A DNA stretch of 64,000 bases from Candidatus Zixiibacteriota bacterium (GTDB lineage Bacteria > Zixibacteria > MSB-5A5 > GN15 > FEB-12), in contig JAJRXM010000006.1 in NCBI GenBank assembly GCA_024276275.1, positions 12,907 through 76,906 on the forward strand, written 5' to 3'. Made by a program: the position numbers and the translations under genes. Within the stretch, counting starts at the first letter, position 1, and each line of letters starts with the position of its first letter. Positions 19,190 through 28,951 of the stretch are shown here, one piece after another. The notes under the pieces are model-generated. The model was not told the DNA's origin. It worked only from the letters and a program-made list of their open reading frames with translations, and searched no databases.

Positions 19190-19546
19190 TTATTCCAAAG
19201 TCTTTTTTGTCTCAAATACTCCAAACATAAACAAACCGAGTGCTAATAGTAAAAGAGCCGGAACGGCAAAAGAAGGCAACATAAAAATCTCAAAATCGTG
19301 CAGTAAATTTGCAAGTTGAGAAATCATGAGTACAGCAAAAGCTGAAAGAAAGATTTGCCAACTTTTAAAAAGTAGCCCTCCTCGAAGAAGAGACAATATC
19401 TTTACACTTCCGACCAAACAACCAAGTCCTACTAATAAAAGAACAGCACTTAACATTGTTGGAGGTTGAGTAATTACCGCAAAATTGGCAGCATGTGCAT
19501 CAGCACCAAGCAATAATAAACTAAATAGAACATAATTTTTTTTCAT
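19190..19546 (-). CDS. Small membrane protein (signal peptide plus about 3 TM)
   Basis: AHA-A cleavage-like site and three hydrophobic segments; starts 1 bp after the DUF4388 stop. Confidence 0.75.
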   Translation of the reverse strand: MKKNYVLFSLLLLGADAHAANFAVITQPPTMLSAVLLLVGLGCLVGSVKILSLLRGGLLFKSWQIFLSAFAVLMISQLANLLHDFEIFMLPSFAVPALLLLALGLFMFGVFETKKTLE

Positions 19547-19547
19547 T

Positions 19548-20753
19548 TTATCCTCGAACCATTTTTATGACTTTATCGGCACGTTTAATTGATTTATAAA
19601 AGTTTTCGTCTATTGCATATCGTTTTACTAGTTCTCTCCGAAAAGCGATAGGTTCAGCTATCTCTTTTTTCACTTTACTCACCGCATGATGATAAACCCC
19701 GTCACCCAATAGTTGAAAGACAAATTCCAATTGTTCCGACAGCATTGATTCAAGACCGGACATTAATTTATGATATCTGTTTTCTTTCGGAAGTGCATGT
19801 ACAGCCTCGATAAATTTATCTAGTTTAGGTCCAAGTTCAGAATTTGGATCGGTTCCGGGAAAGTATGCAAAAATTGAGCTCCTGTATTGCGAGACAAAGT
19901 CGTTAAAGCGTCTGTTTTCCATCCCCAAAATAGAGTCTACCGAATTTCTAATACGGTAAAAGCAGTTATTATACAGATTAAAAATTATCCCTAAGACAAC
20001 CTCTTCCTCATTTACTTTTATCTCTTCTTGGGCACTTTCAACTTTTCCGTTTGATTCAATCAGCTTGCTTAATATAAGTTTATAAACTGCCCGACAAGTT
20101 ACAAATTCACCTAATGGAGAGATACTCATTAAATCGGTCAAGGTTCTTTCACCGTTTATAAGTGTAACAACTCGGTACTCTTCCATACTAAAACGAACTT
20201 CTTCATTTTTAGTTTTTGGAGATGTTGCCAAGGCTAAACGAACATCATCGGGAGGGAGAACTTTTTGAATTTCAAGCCACTCATCAATACGACGAGTACC
20301 TTCCATAACAACATTCATCGTACTCAACTCTATCAGAAAAGGAGCATTTTTAGGTTTGCTACCTTCGTGAAAATAGAAATCACCCTCCTGCCAAGAAAAG
20401 AGATTATAGACGACCTCTTCAATTTGCAGTTTTAAACATTCGGCAATTTCTTCTTTATCAAAAAGATTCATATCAATAAGTGTAGTGCCTAATTGACGTC
20501 CGGTTTGTTTGTGCAACGTAATAGCTCTGTTGAGATCCTCTTTGGTTATTCTTCCACGATGTAGAAGCATATTCCCAAGTAAATCTTCAGAGGCGTTTAC
20601 TGATGAGGCATAAATGATATTTCCGTTCTTAAAGGAAACTTCTTTTTGTCTCGTAGAGGTCTTCAGCTCCAGAATACCGGTCTTTTTACCGGTTGCCAAT
20701 AGTTGTAAAATGTCTGGAAAAGATACTGTTTTTAAATTGCCCGCTAAACTCAT
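19548..20753 (-). CDS. DUF4388 (PatA_N-like) domain protein with internal MshEN-like repeat
   Basis: MSLAGNLKTVSFPDILQLL...KKTGIL, LFSWQEGDFYF, MEGTRRIDEW. Confidence 0.85.
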   Translation of the reverse strand: MSLAGNLKTVSFPDILQLLATGKKTGILELKTSTRQKEVSFKNGNIIYASSVNASEDLLGNMLLHRGRITKEDLNRAITLHKQTGRQLGTTLIDMNLFDKEEIAECLKLQIEEVVYNLFSWQEGDFYFHEGSKPKNAPFLIELSTMNVVMEGTRRIDEWLEIQKVLPPDDVRLALATSPKTKNEEVRFSMEEYRVVTLINGERTLTDLMSISPLGEFVTCRAVYKLILSKLIESNGKVESAQEEIKVNEEEVVLGIIFNLYNNCFYRIRNSVDSILGMENRRFNDFVSQYRSSIFAYFPGTDPNSELGPKLDKFIEAVHALPKENRYHKLMSGLESMLSEQLEFVFQLLGDGVYHHAVSKVKKEIAEPIAFRRELVKRYAIDENFYKSIKRADKVIKMVRG

Positions 20754-20811
20754 ATTATGCCCTCAAATGCATTAAATAGCGTTTTTATTCACTATGGATA
20801 TTTCTTAATAT

Positions 20812-20839
20812 ATATCGGGAAAAAAGAAGGATTTCTTAA
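20812..20839 (-). promoter_or_regulatory. Putative sigma28 promoter heading the DUF4388-mgl-pil cluster
   Basis: Minus strand reads TAAG-N15-CCCGATAT. Confidence 0.6.
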
Positions 20840-20872
20840 TTAATAAAGAAGAAAAAGAATAGTATTGTTGTC

Positions 20873-23134
20873 TTAAAACGGTATTTGAATAAGATATTCC
20901 GAATGATTATATAAATCAACGAATAAGTCCTCTGCCAACAGGTCTACATCTTCATTACCGGGAATATTTGTCTGTGCAATTTTTGAACAAATGACCTTTT
21001 CATATTGTAAATCTTTCAAAGTGAGATAGTCGTGTAGTGATATGTTCCAACTTGAACCAATTATTAAAATTCGTTTAAGCTTATCATTAAACGGTTGTAA
21101 ATTCTTTTGGGAAATTTTATCTACAAAGGTAATTTCATAACCTGTTGTTTTGAGTGAAAAACTGTTTTCATACAGTGAATAACCTATATCAAAATCCTCA
21201 GATTCAAGTTCTTGTAAAACTTCTAATTTTATTGCTAGTAATCCCTCGACAGTATTTTTTATTTTGTCGATAAAACTATTTTGAAGGCTCTTCGGCAGAT
21301 AGATACTATTTACTTCATACCTCTCCGCAATTCTAAGTAAGTCATCAATAGCCGAATAATCTGATTTGAGTACAATCAGTTTATCAATTTTCTTAATTTT
21401 TCTACTTTCTAGTTTCGGTATAATGATTTTTTCATCAATCAGATATGACTTCCCTTTGATACCGTTGATAATAAGATCAACTTCATTGTTTTCTATATTC
21501 ACAATCGCCATATTCCCTCCCGGAACAGTTGTACAAAGTACACTAATGTAATCATAACGATTCAAAGCAGTTATAGCTTGATTAATGGCGAATATGTTTA
21601 AAAACACCAACATGACAATCAAAGTTTTTCGACGGTTTGTTTTAGAGAGCAGAGCAAACGGAGCCATAAACAAGACTATATATAGACAAATAACCCCTAT
21701 GATTGTCCAATCATACACCTTTATCATCGGCATAGAACCTGCCCCGAAAATATCAACTATATAAACGGTAAAAGTAAGCAGCAGATTTAAAAAAGCTCCG
21801 ACAAAAAGCCCTAATAAAGGCAAAATAAAATCTGCCACGAGCAGAACCAAAACCCCTATTACTGCTGCCGAGACTAACGGTACAACAAATAGATTAGCTA
21901 TCGGAGATAACAAAGGTATCTGTTTGAAATAAAGCCCTATTAAGCCGAATGAAAATATCTGAGCAGTTAAAGAAATAAGAAACGGAAATAATAGAAATTC
22001 ATACCATTTTTTCAGGTGGTGTTTTTCAAGTAAGATATTCAACTTAGGAACAACTAAAATTAAACCCCAGGCAATTACAAATGAAAGCTGAAAACCTAAA
22101 TCAAATAGTTGGGACGGATCATACAAAAGGATCAGAAAGGCAGCAACAGCAATAAGGTTTTGCAGTTGATACCTTCTTTCTACCAAGCCTGCCCCTAAAA
22201 CCAACCCTGCCATAAGCGATGCCCGCAACACCGAAGGTTCTCCATAAGATAATAAAGAGAAAAGTATAACAACAGCCATCAAAAACAGAGCCCTCTTTTT
22301 TGTGTTCTTAAGAAGAGGATTAAACAAAAAACTAAAAAAAGTAATGACCAAAATAACATTTGAACCGGAAACTGCCAATAAATGTAATGTTCCGGAATCT
22401 TTAAAGCGTGTATATAATTCCGGAGGGATATCGCGAGTTTCACCGATTAAAAACCCTGAAGCTAATGCCGCCGAAACAGGTGAAAGGTTCCTATAAAGAC
22501 TCTTTGTAATAGCATTTCGTAATTGTTCAACAAGTGGAATTAAGGAATATCGACCTACCTTGTCATGTAAAACATTTAGTGGTGTAGTTAGATAGACAAC
22601 TCCACAAATTTCTTTGTATCGCAAAAACCGATTATAATTAAATTCCTTTGAAAAGCTTTTCCCCTCAACCGCATATATCCGACCTTCAAGAACAAGATTA
22701 TCTCCTCGTTGAAAAGAAGTTGTAAGACTGTTTATTTTTAAAAGAATTTTACCACGTACTGATACAGTCTTTACGTTTTCTAACGAATCAACATCTATGG
22801 TCAGTTCCGTTCTTTCTGATTTTAATTCCGGCCAATCAGCAACTTTGCCATAAATAACATAGGTCGATTTACTGTCAATATAGTTTGATATATGATTAGG
22901 TCCTGACTCATAATACATAGATGCAAACCGGACTCCCACAAACGATAACAGCCCAAGACCTATAGATATCAGTAGAAGTTTTTCTTTTTGAGATTTATAA
23001 CAGAATAAAGAACCGACAACAAACAGAACCAAAGAAAGAAAAAAGTAAGAGATGTCAAAACGATAATAATCAGCAACAAGAATTCCGGTTACAACAAAAA
23101 TCAAAAGAAACAACGCCGGAGATTTCTTAAACAT
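20873..23134 (-). CDS. comEC: ComEC/Rec2 DNA uptake channel
   Basis: DUF4131/OB region, GTLHLLAVSGSN, PSVLRA, DLGFQLSF; C-terminal MBL-like region is degenerate. Confidence 0.9.
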   Translation of the reverse strand: MFKKSPALFLLIFVVTGILVADYYRFDISYFFLSLVLFVVGSLFCYKSQKEKLLLISIGLGLLSFVGVRFASMYYESGPNHISNYIDSKSTYVIYGKVADWPELKSERTELTIDVDSLENVKTVSVRGKILLKINSLTTSFQRGDNLVLEGRIYAVEGKSFSKEFNYNRFLRYKEICGVVYLTTPLNVLHDKVGRYSLIPLVEQLRNAITKSLYRNLSPVSAALASGFLIGETRDIPPELYTRFKDSGTLHLLAVSGSNVILVITFFSFLFNPLLKNTKKRALFLMAVVILFSLLSYGEPSVLRASLMAGLVLGAGLVERRYQLQNLIAVAAFLILLYDPSQLFDLGFQLSFVIAWGLILVVPKLNILLEKHHLKKWYEFLLFPFLISLTAQIFSFGLIGLYFKQIPLLSPIANLFVVPLVSAAVIGVLVLLVADFILPLLGLFVGAFLNLLLTFTVYIVDIFGAGSMPMIKVYDWTIIGVICLYIVLFMAPFALLSKTNRRKTLIVMLVFLNIFAINQAITALNRYDYISVLCTTVPGGNMAIVNIENNEVDLIINGIKGKSYLIDEKIIIPKLESRKIKKIDKLIVLKSDYSAIDDLLRIAERYEVNSIYLPKSLQNSFIDKIKNTVEGLLAIKLEVLQELESEDFDIGYSLYENSFSLKTTGYEITFVDKISQKNLQPFNDKLKRILIIGSSWNISLHDYLTLKDLQYEKVICSKIAQTNIPGNEDVDLLAEDLFVDLYNHSEYLIQIPF

Positions 23135-23140
23135 AGTTTT

Positions 23141-24706
23141 TTATTTTCTTTTAAACCGTGCTAAGAAATCGATTAAGATAGGTACTCGGAATATAAATAC
23201 AAAAATCAGATATAACAGGATTGCTGAAATAAGAGGTACAACGAGAACCTCGATTCTTATAAGAAGCTCTTGGGAACCGTCATACAATCTAAACGGATTC
23301 AATTTTGCTATATAAAAAGCTAAAAATGATGCAATTGTTATTCTAAAAACAGAAAGAAACAATTTGCCAAAACCACAATTAATTCCTTTTTTAGGTAAAT
23401 AATAAAGCAAAACAGCAAGGTTAGCTAATCCGGCAAACGATGTTGCCGCAGCTAATCCGGCAAAATTGAGCATTTTCACAAAAGGATAATAAAGAGCGAT
23501 ATTCACCACAACAGCAGTAAGAGATGCTCTCATAGGGATTTTTGAATCAGAATGAGCATAGAAAAACGGTACAACCACCCGTACTGCCGCAAAAGCTACC
23601 AGGCCATAAGAATAATGTAATAATGCAAGGGAAGTATTTTGTACATCAGTTGCTGTAAAAGCTCCCCAGGCAAATATCAATTCGACAATTTCTTTTCCCA
23701 TAAAAGCTAAAAACATCGCCGAAGGAATTACTATAAACAGATTAAGACCAAACGTTTTTTCAAAAGTTGTATCTAACTTTTCCTTTTCACCTTTTGCCAC
23801 CATTTCGGTAACATTTGGAAGAGCTACTGTTCCCAGAGCAACCGCAAACACACCGAGAGGAAAATGCATCAGCCGATAAGAGTAGCTTAAGAATGAAATA
23901 GATCCTTCAATTAAAAATGATGCTACCAATGTATTTATCAGGATATTTATTCTTGATGCCGAAAGTCCGATTATCATCGGACCAAGTAATCTTGTTATTT
24001 TTTTGAAGTTTTCATCTAAAAAGTCAATTGTCGGTTTAAACCGATATCCGATTTTTAGTAAAACCGGTAATTGTATAACCAGCTGCCCTACCCCCCCGAT
24101 TAACACCCCGACTGCCAAAGAATATATCGGTTGTGGAAAATAGGAATGAAACCCGATGACTGTTACTATAATCCCGAGATTAAAAAGAGCCGGTGATAAT
24201 GCCGGTATTCCGAATTTTCCGAACGAGTTTAACATCTCCATCACAATAGCTGATAAATAGACTAAAAGCAGATAGACCATCATAATTCGGGTTAATTCTA
24301 CTGTCAGGTCAAATTTATCGGGAGTATCCACAAAGCCGTTGGCAAACATAAAAATCAACACAGGAGCAGCTATAATCCCCAGTAAAACAATTAAACCGAC
24401 CACCAGCAGAAGTGCGGTAAAGACAATATCGGCGATTCTAAATGCTTCCTTGTTGGAACCGTTTATGATTTTTTCTTTAAAAATAGGTATAAATGCTTGT
24501 GAGAGAGCACCTTCGGCAAACATATCTCTCAGTAAATTCGGGATACGAAATGCTGTCACAAAAGCATCGGTAGCCATTGAAGCACCAAAATAATACGCCA
24601 TAACCTGTTCTCTCACAAGTCCTAGGACACGTGAAAAGGCTGTTGATGAGGCAACCACCGAGGCTGAGCCGAGAATTGAATTTTTCTTTTCTTTATTTAT
24701 TGACAA
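23141..24706 (-). CDS. murJ: Lipid II flippase MurJ
   Basis: SRVLGLVRE, AFRIPNLLRDMFAEGAL, RLMHFPLGVF. Confidence 0.95.
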   Translation of the reverse strand: MSINKEKKNSILGSASVVASSTAFSRVLGLVREQVMAYYFGASMATDAFVTAFRIPNLLRDMFAEGALSQAFIPIFKEKIINGSNKEAFRIADIVFTALLLVVGLIVLLGIIAAPVLIFMFANGFVDTPDKFDLTVELTRIMMVYLLLVYLSAIVMEMLNSFGKFGIPALSPALFNLGIIVTVIGFHSYFPQPIYSLAVGVLIGGVGQLVIQLPVLLKIGYRFKPTIDFLDENFKKITRLLGPMIIGLSASRINILINTLVASFLIEGSISFLSYSYRLMHFPLGVFAVALGTVALPNVTEMVAKGEKEKLDTTFEKTFGLNLFIVIPSAMFLAFMGKEIVELIFAWGAFTATDVQNTSLALLHYSYGLVAFAAVRVVVPFFYAHSDSKIPMRASLTAVVVNIALYYPFVKMLNFAGLAAATSFAGLANLAVLLYYLPKKGINCGFGKLFLSVFRITIASFLAFYIAKLNPFRLYDGSQELLIRIEVLVVPLISAILLYLIFVFIFRVPILIDFLARFKRK

Positions 24707-24771
24707 ATTATTAATTCCGTGTATTTTAATGGACTGAAATATTTTAACAAACCGACTTGAAAGGGTTTAGA

Positions 24772-25026
24772 TTGCCACAACACAAATCTTGTAAGAAACG
24801 GATGAAAACTTCTGAAAAAGAACGTCTCCGCAACCGCGGTTACCGTACGACTCTTCGTCATGCTATCCGTGATCTTCACAATGAAACAAACAAAGACGAA
24901 GCATTGAAACAATACAAACAAGTTTCTATACTTTTTGATAAGGCTGCTTCTTACGGTCTGCTTCACAAGAAAAACGCCGCTCGTAATAAATCTCGTTTGG
25001 CTAAATTCGTACAGACTATCTCTTAG
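24772..25026 (+). CDS. rpsT: 30S ribosomal protein S20
   Basis: PQHKSCKKR...DKAA..GLLHKKNAARNKSRL; TTG start at 24772. Confidence 0.95.
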   Translation: MPQHKSCKKRMKTSEKERLRNRGYRTTLRHAIRDLHNETNKDEALKQYKQVSILFDKAASYGLLHKKNAARNKSRLAKFVQTIS

Positions 25027-25076
25027 TTCCATTGTGACTTATACCTCAAGCATAAATTGGGGTTGATATAAATACA

Positions 25077-25108
25077 AAAAGCTACATTAGATTTCTAATG
25101 TAGCTTTT
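25077..25108. terminator. Bidirectional intrinsic terminator between convergent rpsT and the hypothetical gene
   Basis: AAAAGCTACATTAGA-TT-TCTAATGTAGCTTTT inverted repeat. Confidence 0.8.
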
Positions 25109-25132
25109 CTGATTTTAACTATCAACTATAAT

Positions 25133-25936
25133 TTATCGATTGAGTAAGTAGACTTTCCCCTGATAAATAGATGTTTTTTCCGCTTGTTCTCTTAATAGTA
25201 TTAATTCTCTCAAAAATACTTCTTTTTCAGCAGAAGAATTCTCGGCAATTAATGTAGAAACAGGAAAATCAATATAGAGAATTCTAACATCAGCACCTAC
25301 TTTTAGAATAGACGGCGGGAATAAGCAATTTTTCTGAGCTGCCAGCATTAAATCATCAATCGTAACTTCAGGTAATTCTATTGAAGCAGCAAATTGATGA
25401 ATTTTCATCAGGCTTTCAGAAAGCTCTTCTTTCTGATTAATCATTCGATAGCCACCGTTTTTTTCGATATATTCGAATAATTTTGAAACAGCTGTCGGGC
25501 ATCCTTCACGAGTGGTAGGTATTGAATTCAGGAGATATTTTTTCTCCGACATCAACAAACGAACTGAATCTTTTTCGTTTGTATCGGAAGTTACAGTCTG
25601 ACACAAAACCTGACCAGAGTTACCGGTTAGAATTTCACCGAGATCATTTTCATCAAATGAATGTAATCCGATTACCTTCTGATAGATTTGTATTTGTTTT
25701 TTCTGAATAATCTGAACCGGAAGCAGTCTGATACCTGCCTGTAGGAGGGTATAAAATTCGGCCGATTCTTCTAAAAGCAAATAGGTACCGTCAGCTAAAG
25801 GTGTTACCAAAAAAGGGTGTCTTATATGTTGAATATCTTCAAACTCAACAGTATCAGTCGGAAATGCATTCCACTCGAAAGGACAAATAAGGTCAATCGG
25901 TAGAATTTTCATTGTTTGTATTAATTGTTTGTTCAT
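25133..25936 (-). CDS. Hypothetical protein, N-terminus resembles a degenerate ParB/sulfiredoxin fold
   Basis: Long ORF; ILPIDLICPFE...IRHPFLVTPLADGTYLLLE...LPVQ pattern. The GTG at 25960 lies inside the sigma54 motif, so the start is more likely 25936 or 25912. Confidence 0.55.
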   Translation of the reverse strand: MNKQLIQTMKILPIDLICPFEWNAFPTDTVEFEDIQHIRHPFLVTPLADGTYLLLEESAEFYTLLQAGIRLLPVQIIQKKQIQIYQKVIGLHSFDENDLGEILTGNSGQVLCQTVTSDTNEKDSVRLLMSEKKYLLNSIPTTREGCPTAVSKLFEYIEKNGGYRMINQKEELSESLMKIHQFAASIELPEVTIDDLMLAAQKNCLFPPSILKVGADVRILYIDFPVSTLIAENSSAEKEVFLRELILLREQAEKTSIYQGKVYLLNR

Positions 25937-25952
25937 GATAGAAAATGTAAAA

Positions 25953-25967
25953 GCAAGCACCGTGCCG
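25953..25967 (-). promoter_or_regulatory. Putative sigma54 -24/-12 promoter
   Basis: Minus strand reads CGGCAC-GGTGC-TTGC(T). Confidence 0.7.
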
Positions 25968-26100
25968 TAATAAAATGCGTTTGTTATCTAACTGAACAAC
26001 ATCAAGATAGAGATGTCTTGAGCTTATGTAACATCTACGATACTTTAGTAATTGTGAAGTACATTTCTATTTAGAAGTATAAAATGTGCAATATATTTCT

Positions 26101-28857
26101 TTAACGTACACAACCTGCCACAGGATTTGGACCGGCAGGTGCACCGAAGAGATAGCTGACATAATATACTAAGTCTGAGATATTGATTTCGCACGACCCG
26201 TCTACATCAGCAGTATTAATATCCAGTGGTGAGATATTTGTAATAAAGAAATAATCGACAAGAGCTACAAGGTCGGCAATATTTAATACTCCAGAATTAT
26301 CCAAATCTCCCGGTAACAGAGTTACAGTTTCACCGAAAAGAGAAGTCACATGATTTATAATATTCGCTGCTGATTCAGCAGTTAAAAAATAGAGTGGGAA
26401 AGCTAATAAGACTCTTTTTCCATTTGCTGTTTCATACATAATACCGCACGGTTCTCCCTCAACACTTGGGTCATCGGTTGCCGAGTCATATCGATAGATT
26501 ACTGTCGCTCCGCTTTTTGGTTGCAACTTCAGAATGTAAGGCAAATTACCTAATGGATTTGCAGAGTCTACTTGAACAGACGGGAACCCGTTCTCGCCAA
26601 CTGCTCCTGCAAAGTCAAACGGATCATATTCTTCATAAGAAAGAAGTCCGAACTCTTGATTCAAAAAATGATTTTGAGGTATATTAGAGTTCATCCAAAA
26701 ACTCAGAGTTCTAAATCCTGACAAAAACATATTGTTATTATATGAAGTGTACCAAGTTAATGGAGTTTCATTGATAGGTATATACTTGATACTAAAATCA
26801 TCATCAAAATAGAACATAGAGGAATATCTTCCTAAATTACTTTCTTGTAATTGGTCCGAAATTCCATTCATCTCGATAAGACTATACGGTTGTCCTCCGA
26901 AGATAGAATCAAAATATGCTACCTGTTCATCTTGTTGTGGAAAAGCCCCACCCGCAGCAATTTCATCAACAACTAAAATACCTCCATCAAAAGTAGCCGG
27001 GTATGATGAACTTTTATTTGAGAAATTAGATTCATACAAATCATTATCAACCGCTGTCACAAGATATTCATACTTTTTTTGACTGAAGGTATTCGTATCT
27101 ACAAAAAATGTATCAGCAATATTATCAGCATATAGCTCCAAAAAAGAACCGTCGTTTCTGTATACACGGTAGCCAGCTAAGTCCCCCTCATTGTTTTTTT
27201 GCCATGTGACTAATATTGCATTTAATTCAGGATTAGCATTCATATTTCGAGGAGTACGTGGAACAATGTAAGGAGTGCCGTTTGATACAACAGAGTAAAC
27301 AGCAGGATACCCATCAGGTATAGAACCGGTAACCGAGAAATAATATCTTTGCCCTTCAATAAGTCCATTAACTTTATAAGAACAATTACCTGATGGAACA
27401 ACAACAGAATCTGTTAGGGCATCAACAGCAGTACCATAGTAAATAACATAATCATACGCAGAGTTACAATCAGACCAAATAATTTCAAGTGATTGTCCGT
27501 CACCTACATCAACGACAGATTCGATAGCAGTCGGAAAAGCTGAATTTGCAACTACTCCGATAGCAGCAGCAGACATTCTTACAATATCGGTAATATATGG
27601 GAAATCCATTCGGGATGTTAAATCTAAATTAGTATGCCAACCTAAAGTATTAAAATCACTCTCCGCAGTATAACAAATATTAAATCCTTGCTGATAAAAT
27701 GACCAATGATCCGAAGAACCTCTTAGGGCGGCATCAACCGGAATTAGGCTAGTTACACGAGCGGCGGCATCTTTTGAGGCTTGTACATACCCGTCAATAG
27801 AACCACTCATTAGGTTTACATCCCAATAGGAATCATCTGTAAAACCGACCATATCAAAATTATACATAACCTCTATTTTTGTCGAATCGGCAACAAATGC
27901 CGATGCTGCTGCATTTGAACCGACTAAACCTACTTCTTCAGCAGAAAAAGGCATAAAGATAATTGTTTTTCGAAGCGGGACTCCCGCCAGAATTCTTGCC
28001 AGCTCTAAAGTAACAGTAGTACCTGAACCGTTATCATCAGAACCGGGGGCAAAAACTAAAGGACTTTGAGGTTGTCCGTATACTATAGAATCGTAATGCC
28101 CACCGATTACTATTACTTTATCAGGTTCAGCATAGCCAAGTTTGACTGCCATGACATTATAATGAGTGCCGTCTCCCCAACTAAACGAAGGTGTCGTAAT
28201 ATCGGTATAACCCCAGTCTGTCAATTTTTGTACAATCCAATCTCTGACAGCAATTATTGAATCGCTCCAAATATACCGAGTTTGAAACCCTTCCAAACGA
28301 GTATTAATTGCTATAATAGAATCTAATGAGACTTTATCAGCGAGAGAATCAGTAGGAAAATCTAAGAGTTGAAGATAGGTAGAAACTGTTGGAGGAATAT
28401 ATGAAAACCTTATTTGTGTTTCATCGAGCTTTCTAAAAACATAACCGGATTGTTCTGCGGTGGCTTTTGATGTCGTTTGAGTTAAGTCTGTAAGATTTAA
28501 ATCATTTACGAGAGGGATAAAGTTCCCAAGTTTTTCTAATCGCAGAAAAGATTCCGTCGGTTTATCGGGAGGAAAGACAAGAGAGTAATCCGATATATTA
28601 ACATCTTCTAAGAAAACTTCAAACTCAATACCTGCTCTTTGTAAGGTCTGTTGCTGTGATGTATTTAAGGATACTAAAAATTTATTTTCAGACCTTGAAT
28701 GGGCGTTAGGCACAATTTGGTTTACTACCTGCACCTGGAAATTATTTTTGATTGTAAGATATGCTAAATCATCTGCTGAAACAGTTGATACTATGAATAA
28801 AACAGCAAAACCTATATATTTTATTTTTATTAAAAGTGACATGTTGACTCCAATCAT
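26101..28857 (-). CDS. Secreted M28 family peptidase with FN3 domains and C-terminal dockerin-like module
   Basis: GGHYDS, GSDDNGSG, SAEEVGLVGS, SSDH; tail GDLDNSGVLNIADLVALVDYFF...ADVDGSCEINISDLVYYVSYLF. Confidence 0.9.
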   Translation of the reverse strand: MIGVNMSLLIKIKYIGFAVLFIVSTVSADDLAYLTIKNNFQVQVVNQIVPNAHSRSENKFLVSLNTSQQQTLQRAGIEFEVFLEDVNISDYSLVFPPDKPTESFLRLEKLGNFIPLVNDLNLTDLTQTTSKATAEQSGYVFRKLDETQIRFSYIPPTVSTYLQLLDFPTDSLADKVSLDSIIAINTRLEGFQTRYIWSDSIIAVRDWIVQKLTDWGYTDITTPSFSWGDGTHYNVMAVKLGYAEPDKVIVIGGHYDSIVYGQPQSPLVFAPGSDDNGSGTTVTLELARILAGVPLRKTIIFMPFSAEEVGLVGSNAAASAFVADSTKIEVMYNFDMVGFTDDSYWDVNLMSGSIDGYVQASKDAAARVTSLIPVDAALRGSSDHWSFYQQGFNICYTAESDFNTLGWHTNLDLTSRMDFPYITDIVRMSAAAIGVVANSAFPTAIESVVDVGDGQSLEIIWSDCNSAYDYVIYYGTAVDALTDSVVVPSGNCSYKVNGLIEGQRYYFSVTGSIPDGYPAVYSVVSNGTPYIVPRTPRNMNANPELNAILVTWQKNNEGDLAGYRVYRNDGSFLELYADNIADTFFVDTNTFSQKKYEYLVTAVDNDLYESNFSNKSSSYPATFDGGILVVDEIAAGGAFPQQDEQVAYFDSIFGGQPYSLIEMNGISDQLQESNLGRYSSMFYFDDDFSIKYIPINETPLTWYTSYNNNMFLSGFRTLSFWMNSNIPQNHFLNQEFGLLSYEEYDPFDFAGAVGENGFPSVQVDSANPLGNLPYILKLQPKSGATVIYRYDSATDDPSVEGEPCGIMYETANGKRVLLAFPLYFLTAESAANIINHVTSLFGETVTLLPGDLDNSGVLNIADLVALVDYFFITNISPLDINTADVDGSCEINISDLVYYVSYLFGAPAGPNPVAGCVR

Positions 28858-28951
28858 ATTCTTTTCGAATAGACGAAAATTCGAAGTAATTTGTTGTACA
28901 AACTATAATGTAATAAGAATATGTGGAAAAGCAAGGAGTGGAATTTAAAAC

